Assembly (NCBI RefSeq): GCF_000315625.1
Contig: NW_005434666.1
Span: 667,877-731,876, forward strand
DNA length: 64,000 bases
Direction: 5' to 3'
Source of the DNA: Guillardia theta CCMP2712
Taxonomy: Eukaryota > Protista > Cryptophyta
The notes under the pieces: model-generated
Databases searched by the model: none
Told to the model about the DNA's origin: nothing
Seen by the model: the letters and a program-made list of their open reading frames with translations, nothing else
Position numbers and translations under genes: made by a program
Shown: positions 36,192 to 48,200 of the stretch, piece by piece
Layout: each line of letters starts with the position of its first letter
Numbering within the stretch: position 1 is the first letter of the stretch

Positions 36192-38197
36192 ATGCTGAGT
36201 TCGAAGATCACTTCGTCGGTATGCATCTTCAGAAGGTTCCACGTGGCCGTCATGCAGAGGAGGTGAGTATGCTGCTGTGCTCCCGTCCGCTCGTGCGAGC
36301 TTACTTCAGGAGAACCTGACGACCGCACTAGAAACCTTCACTTCTTCTTCGTTGCTGGGGAGCCTTCAGGTGACGTCCTCGGCGCTTCTCTGATCCGATC
36401 GCTCCGATCAAGTGGGTGACTTTAGACACCTGCTTCCTGTGATCTCATTCCCTGTCAGAGCATCCCGCTCCTCTGAAAGTGACTGGCATCGGTGGGCCCA
36501 ACATGGAGAGGGAGGGGCTCGTGAAGACGGCGGACATGGATCAACTAGCGGTCATGGGGTTCTTAGAAGTTCTTCCGCACGTTCCCCGTCTCTACTCCCT
36601 CCTGCGAAGAACCATCAAGTGCATTCGCGAGTCCGAGCCAGACTTCGTCGTGACGGTGGACAGCAAAGGTTTCAACTTCCGGCTCATCAAGGCACTTAGG
36701 AGAGAACCGAGAGGGAGCAAGACCAAGATCGTGCACTATGTTGCGCCTTCCATGTGGGCAATCAAGGGAGAGCAGAGAGAGAAGAAGATGTTCTTGAGCA
36801 GGAACCTCGACCTTCTCCTCGTCCTCTTCCCCTTCGAACAGCAGTACTTCTCCTCCTTCCTTCGGACGGTCTGTACAGGTGAATGCTCTGTGCCTTGTCT
36901 TCATCGTCAGTTGTTTGAGAGCAGCGAAGGTCCCCCAGTCTTTGAGCTCGCTGCGATCAGACGGAGAGCAATGCAGGTCACCCCCCTACCTTCTTCGCCC
37001 TCAGCTGAAGCAGCAAGCAGGCGCCAGTGGAGAGCACCAGCTCCAGTCTCCCTCCCAGCAAGCAGCAAATCTCAGACCCCGTCCTCCTCCTCCTTCCTGG
37101 AAGTCGCGTTCAGGTCTTGGTCTCATCGCACAAGGGCAGCTCGTGGTAATGGGTTCGCAGGAGGTGCGTCAACACTTGCCGATCCTCCTGGAGGTCGTCC
37201 GATCGATGGGCAGCAAGGTACTCCCTCCTCTCGCTCAAGTCGACGAGTAATCGACATGCCTCAACGGCAGCATTGCCTTCAGTTTCGAATCCTCACGATC
37301 CTTTCAATGAAAGAGCTGGTGGTAACGATGAAGACAAGTGTGCGGAGCTGCAGCATTTGAGCTTGCCGGTCACAGGACAATCTCGTAGAATCGAGAGGCT
37401 TGAAGGAATCAATCCAAGTGAGTTGGCTAATACATGTGTCAGATTCCTTTGTCTCGTGCATCTTTTGAGCTCACACTGAAGGATTCGTCAGGTGATTACA
37501 CTCCTGGACGTCGAGAAGAGGATCGAGCACATGCGTGGTTGTTCAGCAGCAGTTGGTTGTATCCCTTCTGATTTTCCTTCGAGTTCTCATTTGAGTTCCT
37601 TGCTAGCTGTTTCCGGAACTGTCACTCTTGAACTTGCAGCTGCAGATGTGCCGAGTGTTGTCATTTATCGCTCCAACATGTTTACACAATTTCTGGCGAA
37701 GGTGATCGCGGTCTCGATTGGTTCACATCAAGTTGACTAACTATTTTCACAGCGACTGGCTGCAGTTGAATTCATCTCCCTACCGAATCTTCTGCTTGGT
37801 GTGACGTATGAAAATATCTTGTGCTGCCGCATGAAAAGGGATGGTCAGGTCAAAGACTGCTTCCAGAGCTGCTGTTTGGGGCATGCAATCAAGATGGTAT
37901 GGATGTTTTCATACTCGCAAGCATGATTAGGTCTACCAGACATCGAACATGAGGCCTGCAAGTTGCTGTTTGACAAGGCAGAGCGGAAATGTAACATGGA
38001 TATTTCATCTTAGAGATTTATCGCTATTTACATATTTAGCAGGTGTTCTCGCAGGCTACAGCAGAGTCATGAAAATCGCTTGCCCCAGGACCACCGCAAC
38101 CTGTACAAATGAAGAAAAGTTTCCTGAGGAACAGAGTCCTTCTATGATAGCTGCTACCGCAATCTTACAGTTACAAAACGAGAGCTCAACAACTTAA
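36192..38197 (+). CDS. lpxB: Lipid-A-disaccharide synthase (GT19), probably mitochondrion-targeted
   Basis: FFVAGEPSGDVLGASLI; GIGGPNM; LAVMGFLEVLPHV; PDFVVTVDSKGFNFRL; VHYVAPSMWA; LLVLFPFEQ; LLPGSR..EV; AVSGTVTLELA; FISLPNLLLG..LLPELL. N-terminus is basic, Ser-rich and acid-free. Contains spliceosomal introns. Confidence 0.95.
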
Positions 38198-38333
38198 AAT
38201 GTGAGAGGATGTATCCCATCAATCTTCCAACATATCGCAAGCATGATTCTCATGCCTTTGGGACCAAGCGCTGTTTCGAACCGTGCCATGCAGACGTACC
38301 AGAAGGGATCGACGCAGAGAACTCAGTATCACA

Positions 38334-38567
38334 TCAGTCAGCCGTTGGATCGGAGTATTTCCATCCCAGGTTGTCCTTGAAGTATGCGGGCAAATTCTCC
38401 TCCTCGATCCAACTGTTCTGGTTCGATGGGTATCCTACCCACTTCACGAGATACTCGCTCTTCCCACCCTCTGTCTTGCGGATTCCCACGACTGACTCTA
38501 CCTCATAGGCCAGGCTCCCGTCCGGGAGCTTCAGAGGGCGAGGAGGCGGCTCGTTCTCCCTCGGCAT
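38334..38567 (-). CDS. Chromodomain-containing ORF (upstream exons unresolved, may extend to ~39000)
   Basis: YEVESVVGIRKTEGGKSEYLVKWVGYPSNQNSWIEEENL is a canonical chromodomain with an intact Y/W/Y aromatic cage. Confidence 0.85.
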   Translation of the reverse strand: MPRENEPPPRPLKLPDGSLAYEVESVVGIRKTEGGKSEYLVKWVGYPSNQNSWIEEENLPAYFKDNLGWKYSDPTAD

Positions 38568-39019
38568 TCGCGATGTTCAAACCAATGTAAAAACAGTGGC
38601 CTTGGCCAGCAGAAAGCGTCTTGTGGAGCTGAAAACTCTTCAGTTGTTGAATTCAGATGCTGATCCTTTCCTCGTGATTGCGCTCTTCATCTCTTCATCT
38701 ATCACATGCGACAAATGTGCGAAAATCAAGGAATGGACGTCGCAGTCCTTGCAAGAATAGAGGATCAATCGATGCTCTTGCTTTTCTTTCCTGTTCGTTC
38801 AGAACGAGATTCCGCAAGAAAGAGACAAGCCTGCCTGGAGCAAGCAAACGGTGGAAGCTGAGATGCCCGGTGTAGCTACGTATCCACACGAGACCAGTCG
38901 GGAGAGAGCCTGGCAACCCTTATCACAAGTCGAACAGCATCTAATGCTGTCAGGGCAAAGGTGATCACAAGCGAGAGCAGAGGGATGGAAGAAGAACGAG
39001 AGCGTGCGGAATTGGAATG

Positions 39020-39900
39020 GGGGAGGGGCGGGGACGGGGGACGGGGGACGGGGGACGGGGGCGGGGGCGGGGGATTGGAGGGCAGCTGGAGGAGCTTCGA
39101 GATCCCAGAAGTAATCAGGGGGGGTGGGGGTGATAGAAGTAGAGCTATGTAGCTATAGGGGGTAGGGTTTCGGAAAGAATGAGCGATGAGGTAGGGTAGG
39201 TACTCATATGAGGCGGGTAGGGGTGGGGAGGCAAAAACAGACATGCAGTGCGGGGGTAAAGCGGGGGTGGATCTTAGGGGTACTCCGAGGGACCAGAGGG
39301 GTGGGTGGAGTCATGTTCGGTAAAAACTTCTGTGGTAAAAACTTGTTGTGGTAAAGACGTACGGGCGGATTAGACATCTATGGGTGGGGGTTATATCAGC
39401 ACCCGAGAGAGCTAGGGTCATCTCTCAGCAAATAAGAGGGATCAGGTAGGGTGGGTCATCAAATTCTTGTGCAGGGAGGGCGTTCAGTTTGAGGTGATTT
39501 ATTAATCACGTATAAAGGTTTTTTTAGGTGCAAACAGTGAGGTGGGGTGGGGTGGTGTCAGGAAAAAAGGGGTGCAGCAGGAGATCGAAGGAGATTTTCT
39601 AATAGAAGGAAGGGGTACTGGTTCGAGATTTGTGGGGTGGTTGGATGGTGAGTGGGTGGTGGGGTCATCTATAGGGGAGGTCGAGGGTCGATAATGGTTC
39701 CTTTCGGTACAGAAATGAGAGAAAAAAAAAATCTTTCGATATGAGAGTCTAACCCACCCCAACCCCCTTCTAAACCCCCTAGGACCCTCATTTTCAGACA
39801 ACCACAAACTAGGTTGCAAACGGGACACCACCCCACCAGGATTCAATGAAGATAGAGGGGGTAGCTTTTTGTAATAGGGTGGTGTCAGCTTTACTTAGAT
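39020..39900. promoter_or_regulatory. GGGGT-rich putative promoter region upstream of the chromodomain gene
   Basis: Many GGGGT/GGGTAG motifs, tandem GGTAAAAACTT/TGTGGTAAA at ~39318-39356, TATCAGCACC at ~39394. Confidence 0.45.
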
Positions 39901-40394
39901 TTTCCGAAGAGGTAGAGCAGAGTCAGGAGGTGTAGTATTGCTTCTACCAGTGTGCACTAGTCGGTATGTGGAGGCATCGCTCTGACTGAAGGTAGACTTT
40001 TCTCTCTCTGTTGGTACGGCTCTGCTGTCAACAGGGGAACGCAAGTAAGTCACGGGAAGGGGAGCAAAGGCCTTTCTTTCTCTTTGATCGTCAGGTTAGA
40101 CTTGAAAGCTGGGCCTGTTGCTACTTTGTTCAGAAGCGCTGGCCCTACTGCTTTCTCAAACACTAGAAATCTGTGCTCAAGTTGATAAGTGTGACACGTC
40201 TAGTCAGATGCATCAGTCTCTCCACCTCAGACTGATGAGATATGTAAAATGGTTTCATCCATGCTCCGACACCAGCTGATCTGCAGCCTTGCTTGTAATT
40301 TGAGATTACCTCTATGTCCGCCCCTCGTTGTCGTGTGATAGGTTTCTATAGATTCCTTTCATTAAAACACTTCATCCGCACTTCAATTAACAGT

Positions 40395-43300
40395 TTACAG
40401 CCATATGGTCAGCAATCTCAAAACGATCAACTGAAGGAAGGTGACAGCAATCCCCATGACAATCTGGGTCTGTTCTCTCGTGAACAGCTCTCCACGTACT
40501 TCCAGGAAGGTTTCTTCTAATCTCCCAATCTGTGAATGGCGTCAATCAAGAAATGAAGGCGCAAGGCAGCCTCGAACCTGGTGAAACATTGATTGATCCT
40601 CAGAATGATTGCGCTTGAAGAAATCCAAGTCCTTGCATATCTTCATTGCCTGTTGAGCCAGGAACGAGCTTTCACTCCTGACGCCACCTTCTCTCTTCGC
40701 ACTCACAGTTTCTTCTCGCTCCGTCAGCCATTCGTTGTGCAACGAGTCTGACCGGGTGTAATCCTCAATCATCTTTTCAATCCTCTCCAGCTGTACGCGC
40801 CCAACGTCATCATCCTGACAGCGAGTGGTCAAACTTAGTCAACCGACATCTGTCCTCTGCTCACAGGATCCGCGTCCTTGCCTCTCCAGGTTTCCGGCAC
40901 GTCGAGCTTCACCCGCAGGTTCAGGCATGATCGATGCCCCCTCGCGTCCTACCTGCACTTAAGTGCACACAACACCTTGAAAGAGAAAGAGACCTTGAGA
41001 ATTCTGTTGGTGTCGGGACACAGCAGATAGACGACGAAGCTTGTTTCTTGGAAGCCCGTCGGGTCGGCAAGGTAACCCTGCAGCATGTCGCTCACCTTGA
41101 TCTTACAGGACCCAACCTTCCTGAGATTGAGAATGGTCAAGAGAAGCAGAAAGACAGAGCAAGGCTTCACTTGGAAGTTTGCGTCATTTGCCTTGATCGC
41201 AATGTGATCTGCAAGTGTAAAGTCTCCGCGTGCCCCATGATGGCGAAGTCAAGCTTCTCATCCCATGTGGGAGGCTTCGTGATGGCTGGCTTCGTCTTGA
41301 ACTTTCTCACCACCTGCTGAACATCAGCTGGGAGGGAAAGGCAACCAGCTGCTTCGCCTGACCTCCACGGGGCTGTGGAGCGAGATGGAGAGGAAGGGCT
41401 TCCTGATGTCAACATGCTCGGCTTGCAGCGTGACAAGGTGGAGATGCCACTGGAACATCGCGAGTCGCTTCAGAGTCTGCTCGAAGTTGCCTGGAAGCTT
41501 GGTCTCATCGCCGAGGAAGGGATTCAAACTTTTCATGTCTAGAGAGGCAGCCCAAGTGAAGGAGAGAAAGATAGAGGTCGACTGTAAGACCCGTCAGACA
41601 TGCTCCACAACAAGACCTGCTCCCTCACCTTCTTGTCGTATCCCTTGACTGTTTTCCCCCTCTTGTCACGGAGCTCAAACTTCAGCTCCTGATTCTGTGC
41701 ACTGATGGACGACAGGTGGATGGTCTGCTCGCCGATGAAGTCATCCTTGCTCCCGGTGTCTCTGTCCCAGGCGCTGATGTAGATCTCAGCTGAGCTGCGA
41801 ACAGCATCCCAGCGGAGAGAATCATTCCACTGAGCGACAAGTCAGCCCCCAACCCCAACTGCCCTATCCATCACCTCCCCATGATACCCTGTGATGCAGC
41901 TCGTCCGATACTCCTCCCCTCGCACCTGGACGCGTCTCAGTCTGGCGAGGTCAGAGCTGCGAGCTGGGAACCTTGATCTTCAAGTACGCGTCGCAGGATC
42001 CCATCACGTCCATTTTCGGCATGCTGCTGAACCTCAGAGCTTTGATCTCCAGATCGAACTTGTCGCTCGCGTGCGGCTCCTGGTCCTTGTCTGATTCATT
42101 TACGTCCTTTTCACTCAGAAACGTCAAGTGAGCTCGAATCGTCGTTGCCTTCCCGTCATGGCCCGTCACAATCTTCCCGTCGTCATCGCGCAAGTTGAGG
42201 ACGATCTCTGACGGCTTCAGCCTCACTTGCGACAGCGACACGTCAGTCTCTCCTATCTTCTCTGCTCTTGACAGCTGGTTCGCGTCGTACAAGACAATCT
42301 GTCGGGACGTCAAGCAGGAAGGGAACAGGAGGCGAGGGATGGGCGTACTCGAATTCTGTCAGCCGACGAGGCGTCGGGAAAGTGAAACTCTTGGTTGAAC
42401 TCAGCCGAGTAGCAATTCTTGACCGTCCGCGACTTCTGTACTGACCCGTCCAACTCCATCTCGATGAAGGGGTCGCACTTCCCGAAGGTGTCGGTCTTGG
42501 GCCTTGAGAATGGGTCATCGCGAGCAGGAGCAGGAGCAAGGTCAGTACAGGCTCTCGACGCCGTGAAGGAGGATGTTCAGCGCTTCTCTCCTCTTGTTCG
42601 CAGTCTCTGCGTTGCTGGGGTCTTCCTCGATCACGGGCTGCTGCTCCCTGAACTCGAGAAGGAGGAAGACTTTGCCGCTGCTGGCCGCACCGTTTAGGTG
42701 ACACTCGAGTCTCCTCTGGCTGGACTGCGCGAAGGAGGGCAGGCGAACTTCGGAGGTGCCGAGTTTTCTGTCCTTGCCGAATCTTTCCTCGTCAAAGACC
42801 TGGGAGGAGGCAAGTGAGGGGGGAGGGACGAGCAGGTCGAAGTCACCGCAAGGCTGAGGATCGACTCGCTGGCGGTGCAGGAGAACTCGAAGGTCTCGTT
42901 CCAAGTGGGCTCGAGGGTCTTGTACCTCGTCCGCGACTGGAACGTCTGGCCGTCAACCGACAGGATCACGTAGGGGTCAGTGCTGCGCATCAGGGCGTCG
43001 TTCTTGGGCAGGCGCTCGGCGCTCTCCAGGGTAACTTTGAGGGTCCCGCTCCTTCTCGAGATCGTGCTGTCGAGGAGGCTGAAGCTCTCAGTCGCTTCGC
43101 TCGAGCCGAGGAGAGGGAAGCTCTCTTGTATCGGGAACATGTCGCAGGTAAAGGTGAGGGTCGTGACGCTGCCGTTGTGCCCGATGCATGGTTTGTGCTC
43201 CCTTTGCAGCGGGAACGACTTGTCTTGCTTCAGGTATGACTTCAACTCCCCCACGGGCAGATGCAGGCTGCCGACCAACTCATCTTTCCCGATCCTGTCC

Positions 43301-46300
43301 CAGTCCCACACGGTCAACACCAGATCTTCACTGTCGTCGCAGACTTCGAACTCGAACGTCTCGTTCCACGTCGGGTCGTAGTTCACCTTGCAGATGCGCG
43401 ACTCTCTTCTCTGCTCTCCGAGGCACATCTTCACAAACGCGTCACATTTCCCTGCTCAGCTGTCGTCAGCTACAACTTCTCCGCCAGCGCTTCTCACCGA
43501 ACACGTCCATCTTGGGCAGATTCCTGGCAGCCTTCAAGGTGAACTTCAGCAGACGTCGCTCGCCCTGCCCTGCCCTCTCCGCTGCCTCGATCGCCTGACT
43601 CTCACTCGCTCCGTTCCCGACAGGTTCACCAGGAGGGGCAGCAGCGGCTCCATCGGCATATTCCGTCAGCGGTAGATCACGACGAGGAGAGATGCGAAGG
43701 TGCAGGCTGGTGGTCTCGCCGTCGTGTCCTCTCAGCATCTCAGGCTTTCCTTCTACCGTGAAGTTGAGCTCCAGGTCCTGGGTCGCTGCAGCAAGCTTCC
43801 CCACGGGCACCCTGATCCTCCCGACCCGTTCGTCTTTGCTGAACTTGTTGGAGTCGAAGAGCTCGACGACGAGAGACTGCGAGGGGTTGTCGACGTACAA
43901 GTCAAAATCCTCGTCAAAGACCGCGTCATACGTTGACATGCAGACACTCGTCTCCACCTTGTTCTTCCCACACGTCAGCACGCAGTAGGGATCGCACTTG
44001 CCGAAGGTGTCGGTTTTGGGGAGGTGGAGCAGTTGCTTCACGTGCACTTTGATCCAGTACGGGGCAGAGAGAGTTTGTTCAGCTCCGCCCTTGACGACAG
44101 TCCTCGGGTCGTCCCCTGCTTGCTTGCTGGTCAACTGCATCTCGGTCTTCACCATCTCAGCTTCGTGGCTGATCTTGTTTCTCAGCTCCTCGATCTCCCT
44201 GCTGTTTCCGGGGTCATATGAGATCGCCAACTCTACGACAGCTGGTTTGCCGTCCTCGCCCAGCAGGGGGCTGTCATCAAGGCATCGGAGCTCATAGCGC
44301 TGGTCGACTGAGACGGTCTGAGCGATATCTGCAAGGCTGACGTGCAGCTGCCCTACAGCCCTGTCGCTGCGTCGGAGCTCCCAGTCGAAGAGAGTGAGGA
44401 TGAGGACGGGAGAGGAGGCGGGCAGGGAGAGTTCAAACGACTCGTTCCACTCAGGGTGCTGCTGCCGCTTCACGATCCTCGTCTTGTGCGTCTCATCCCC
44501 GAGGGTGATCACGCAGTAGCCGTCGATCCATCCCAGCGTATCAACCTTGGGCAGATTCTCAGCTCTCTTCACCGTCACTGCCACTCGAGGCCCGGCGCCG
44601 CTCAGCTTCAGCTGGGATATCTTGACTCGGAGCTGCCTCTCGAGCTCGTGCTGTCTCTCCATGTGCTCCTGGGCTGCTAAGCGATGCTGCTCCTGCTCCT
44701 GCCTCGCCTGCTCGCGCGCCGCCTGCGCCTGAGCGTCGAGTGACTCCTTGGTCTCCACGAGCTCTCGCGAGATGTCGGAGATCAGCTGTTCCTTCTCCGA
44801 CAGCTCCTGCTGCTTCTCCTCCTCGAGCATTGCCGCCTGCTCTCGCAGCAGAGCTGACTTCTCGACTTCGTAGTCCCACTGGTAGAAAGCCTTCGCCATC
44901 GCCTGCTGCTGCCACCTGCCCATCCGTCAGACCCCAAGGCAACTCGACAAGTCCGATGAGACTTCACGCGTCACCTCCTCAAGATTTTACTGCCAAGGCC
45001 AGTCTGACGCAAGTCCTTCATGCTTGAGATCCGAGCTCGCTTGTCTCCCTCACAGCCGATCAGACTCTTCATGTAAAGTTTCTCTGCCTCCAGCTCGTTC
45101 GTCCTGCCTAGAATTGAAACCTTGGTGAAGCATCTTGCGAGCCCGACGTCAAAGTTTGCAACGGAGTCACTGACGAATTTCACAATCTGCTCTGCTTCCT
45201 CCCTCGTACTTCCCTTGCACATCAGCTGTAGCAGCACGTAGCTGTGCTCAGGAGAAAGATCCAAGACAGTGATATCTTCTCTCTTGCATCCCGTCCGAGA
45301 CGCGAGCAAATCGAGCAAGTCGGTGATGGCAGAACCAAGTTCCAAGTCTGACTTGCTGTGATGTCGCAACCAGAACTTGTCGAGGCTCAGGCGGACGGCA
45401 AAGCTTTTCAAACAAGGATCGAGCCTCAGTGAGCTGGCTCTGTCCTCGTCCGAACCAGCCAACCTCTCCACTCGCACATTCAGCCGGCACTGTGCGTCAG
45501 GAGCAGCCAGTGCCCCAGCTAGTCGCAAGGAGACTGATCGATGGCTTTCATGCGCGAGAAGCTCATTGACTCGCACGCGATGGGACCCGACTTGAAGGCG
45601 AGAAGTGTCAGAACAATGATACACGGTCAGCACGACCTCCTCTTGGACATCCAGACAAGAAACGTCAAAGGCTTCGTTGAAGATCGCTCGCCCCTCCACG
45701 CGTTTGACAGTGCAGGTCTGCAGGCTGCTGGTCACAACCAAGAGGCAGAAAAGATGTCAAGATCACCTTACACGTGGCAGACTTGGAGGAGACGCAAGCG
45801 AAGACGTAATTGACGTCGGCATGTCCTGGCGAGGGGAGGTACTCCACATCCTTCACGTGGATCCGCACACAAGCAACTTCAAGGCGGCTGATCGTCCTCG
45901 ACAACTTGTCGACGAGCTGCTTCAGCGACTGATGTACTCGGTGCCTGAAAGGGTCTTCACCCGCATGACCAGGAGCACTCCTTGCGGAACCATCTTGGAG
46001 CAGCTTGATTGAGACTACAAGCGATGCCAACCGATTCTTCTTGTCTGTCAGCGGCAAATGTTCGCTCACGTTCAGCTGCAGCCTGAGGTCGTTCAATTCA
46101 CTTTGTGCTGACAGGAGAGACGTGTTGAATTCAGCATATCCCACCACGGTGTTCCTGCCTAACCTATTCCGGTCCTTCACGTCAATCCTGACAACTTCTG
46201 GCGCTTGTGAGTTAGCTCGTTCAAGAATGAAGGTCTCATTGAAAGCTGGGTTTGCGTTGTTTCTGACCACTTTTGTCTTGTGGTGAAAATTGTGATGGTC

Positions 46301-47207
46301 TATGACACAATATGCATCAATGTGCCCGAACGTATCGACCTTGGGCAAATTTTCTGCTGATTGGATGGTGAGATAAATTCTTGAAGTCTCGGTAGATTGT
46401 GAGTTGAGCTGACAGCGTCAGGCGTTCAGTGCTGCTAGGACGAGAGTCGAGCTGTCTCACCTCTGACGCACTGACAGGCTGCAGGGAGCTGAGCAGGGTC
46501 TCCAGCTGCTGCTTGATATCGAACAATCGCAGGAGGGAGCCTGCGAGATGATGAGGTTTGCGATGAGAGGTGAGAGCCGTCAAGACCTTGCCCCTCAGAG
46601 CTCTGCTCCCATCCCCCGCGATCACATCGAGACATGAACGACATAAGTTCATTCCTGCATCAGGTACAGTGACGGAATGGAGACAAACAGACAGCAAAGC
46701 AAGGCTTGTACATCTTTCTTTCAAGAGCAACGGCTCTGCTGCTTTCCGTAACACCGTCGGTTTGAGCATCTTGATCGCAAGTCGGCTTAGATCGCGACGA
46801 GAAGTCGATACGACAGGCCTCAGTCTGACAAGGCTGGTCGACTAGACTCCTGCAAGCGAGTCAAACCAGCATGAGCTGCCGATGTCAAACTCGGACCTCT
46901 CGGGCGGTGGACGAGGATGAATATCTGCAGGAGAAGCTCAGGGATCAGTCAGCATCATGGTAGGCTACCTCGTTCACAAGGAATCGAGAAATACATGGAG
47001 CTGTCGTCAGGAGGCGAGTGCTTCTTGAGATGACTAGGTGACCGTGAGCTCATTGTGTGCCTCGAGTCTCAAAGCTTGCCTGACTTCTTCTCTCAATGAG
47101 AAGATCTGCAGATGAGCTTTCTTTGCCTCAGCTTGAGCAGCAGCAAGCTGCATGTGCAACATCTTGTTGTCTTTCTTTAGTTGTCTGCATTCTTCTGAAG
47201 TGTCCAT
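40395..47207 (-). CDS. Multi-C2-domain (about 9 C2) coiled-coil protein with C-terminal transmembrane anchor
   Basis: Repeated AENLPKVDTFG.IDAYC..KT.VV..P.(F/W)NETF..V.D.D..G.D.VG motifs in ORFs 45665-46348, 43466-44923, 42694-43434, 41951-42313 and others. N-terminus MDTSEECRQLKKDNKMLHMQL; C-terminus IVMGIAVTFLQLIVLRLLTIWL*. Confidence 0.88.
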
Positions 47208-47306
47208 CTTCTCTTTTCAGCAGGATTATCTCGGAAATATCTCACTTCAGATCGCTGTAATCAAGACATTACACGTGGATCTAACAGCCCTCACATCTCC
47301 TCTCCC

Positions 47307-47362
47307 TCCTGTAGTGAAGGCTCATCTCATCTCCCTCCTGAGTGAAAGCCTTCACTACAGGA
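47307..47362. repeat. Perfect 16-bp inverted repeat hairpin (24-nt loop)
   Basis: tcctgtagtgaaggct at 47307-47322 and agccttcactacagga at 47347-47362. Confidence 0.9.
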
Positions 47363-47759
47363 CGAAGGACAGCAGGATCCTGTCATTCATCGTCACTATG
47401 GAGACATTCGAAAGCATGGTATCTGACTCGTTCTAGATTTCACCGCAAGACATCTCATTTTCTGCCGATCTATGTTGAAGATTTACTCTTTTGCATTCTC
47501 TTGAAATCCCTTCATCTCTGTCTCAATGTTTGTTTTACTCTTTGCTCCTCTAAATCCTCCTGTCTTGCACTCAGCCTGCCACTTTCTTGGTGTGCGACAA
47601 GTGTTGCTTCGACGATCACAGCATCGCTACGTGTTTTACAAGACACGTAAGCCTCTCTTGTTCTCCCCCTGATCTTCTCGTCTCCTCAATGCGCATGTCT
47701 ATCCTCTCTCTAAGCGCTGAGCGCATGGCCCTAAAAGTTCTGCTGGAATAACGTCATTG

Positions 47760-48200
47760 CCCCAGCACCCCTCAATCTCGGTACAACCAACGACATCAAT
47801 GGGGGGTGGGTCATGATTCCTGATCCACCCCTTCCCCAGTCGGAACTGGCCCCGGCGGTCACTCAACTCACTCACTGCCCCCGGCCCACTCAGGGCCCGC
47901 CCGGCCGCGGGGCACCGTCCATCACTTGGCCCGGGGGCAGTGGGGCCCGCACCCGGTGACCGGGACCGTACTCAGTCCGGGCCGGGCCGGGATCGGACGC
48001 CAAAGTGAACTCAGTAACGTTGTAACGGTCATGATATCGCGCCACAGCTCCACCTTCCCGCCCTCCCCTCGTCCTCTTCCTCCCCCCCTCCCCCCTGCTC
48101 TCCTTGACGTCTCCAACCCCCCAACCACCTTCGCACCCTCAACGTCTCCCTCGCATCCTCTGCTCTTCCTCTTTCCACCCACACCTTGATCTCCCTTGCC
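47760..48200. promoter_or_regulatory. Putative divergent promoter (C2 gene <- -> MED13) with GC-rich CCGG core
   Basis: Head-to-head genes. CCGG/GGCC-dense block at 47845-48000 shares motifs with 24300-24780. Confidence 0.55.

Noticed and set aside
36192-38197. Bacterial contamination as the source of lpxB
   Set aside because: The gene has multiple host-style spliceosomal introns and is contiguous with eukaryotic genes.
40211-40238. 9-bp hairpin catcagtct-N9-agactgatg next to a TGATGA box-C-like word
   Set aside because: Too short, and no convincing box D or guide arrangement to call a snoRNA. No tRNA or rRNA was recognised in the window.
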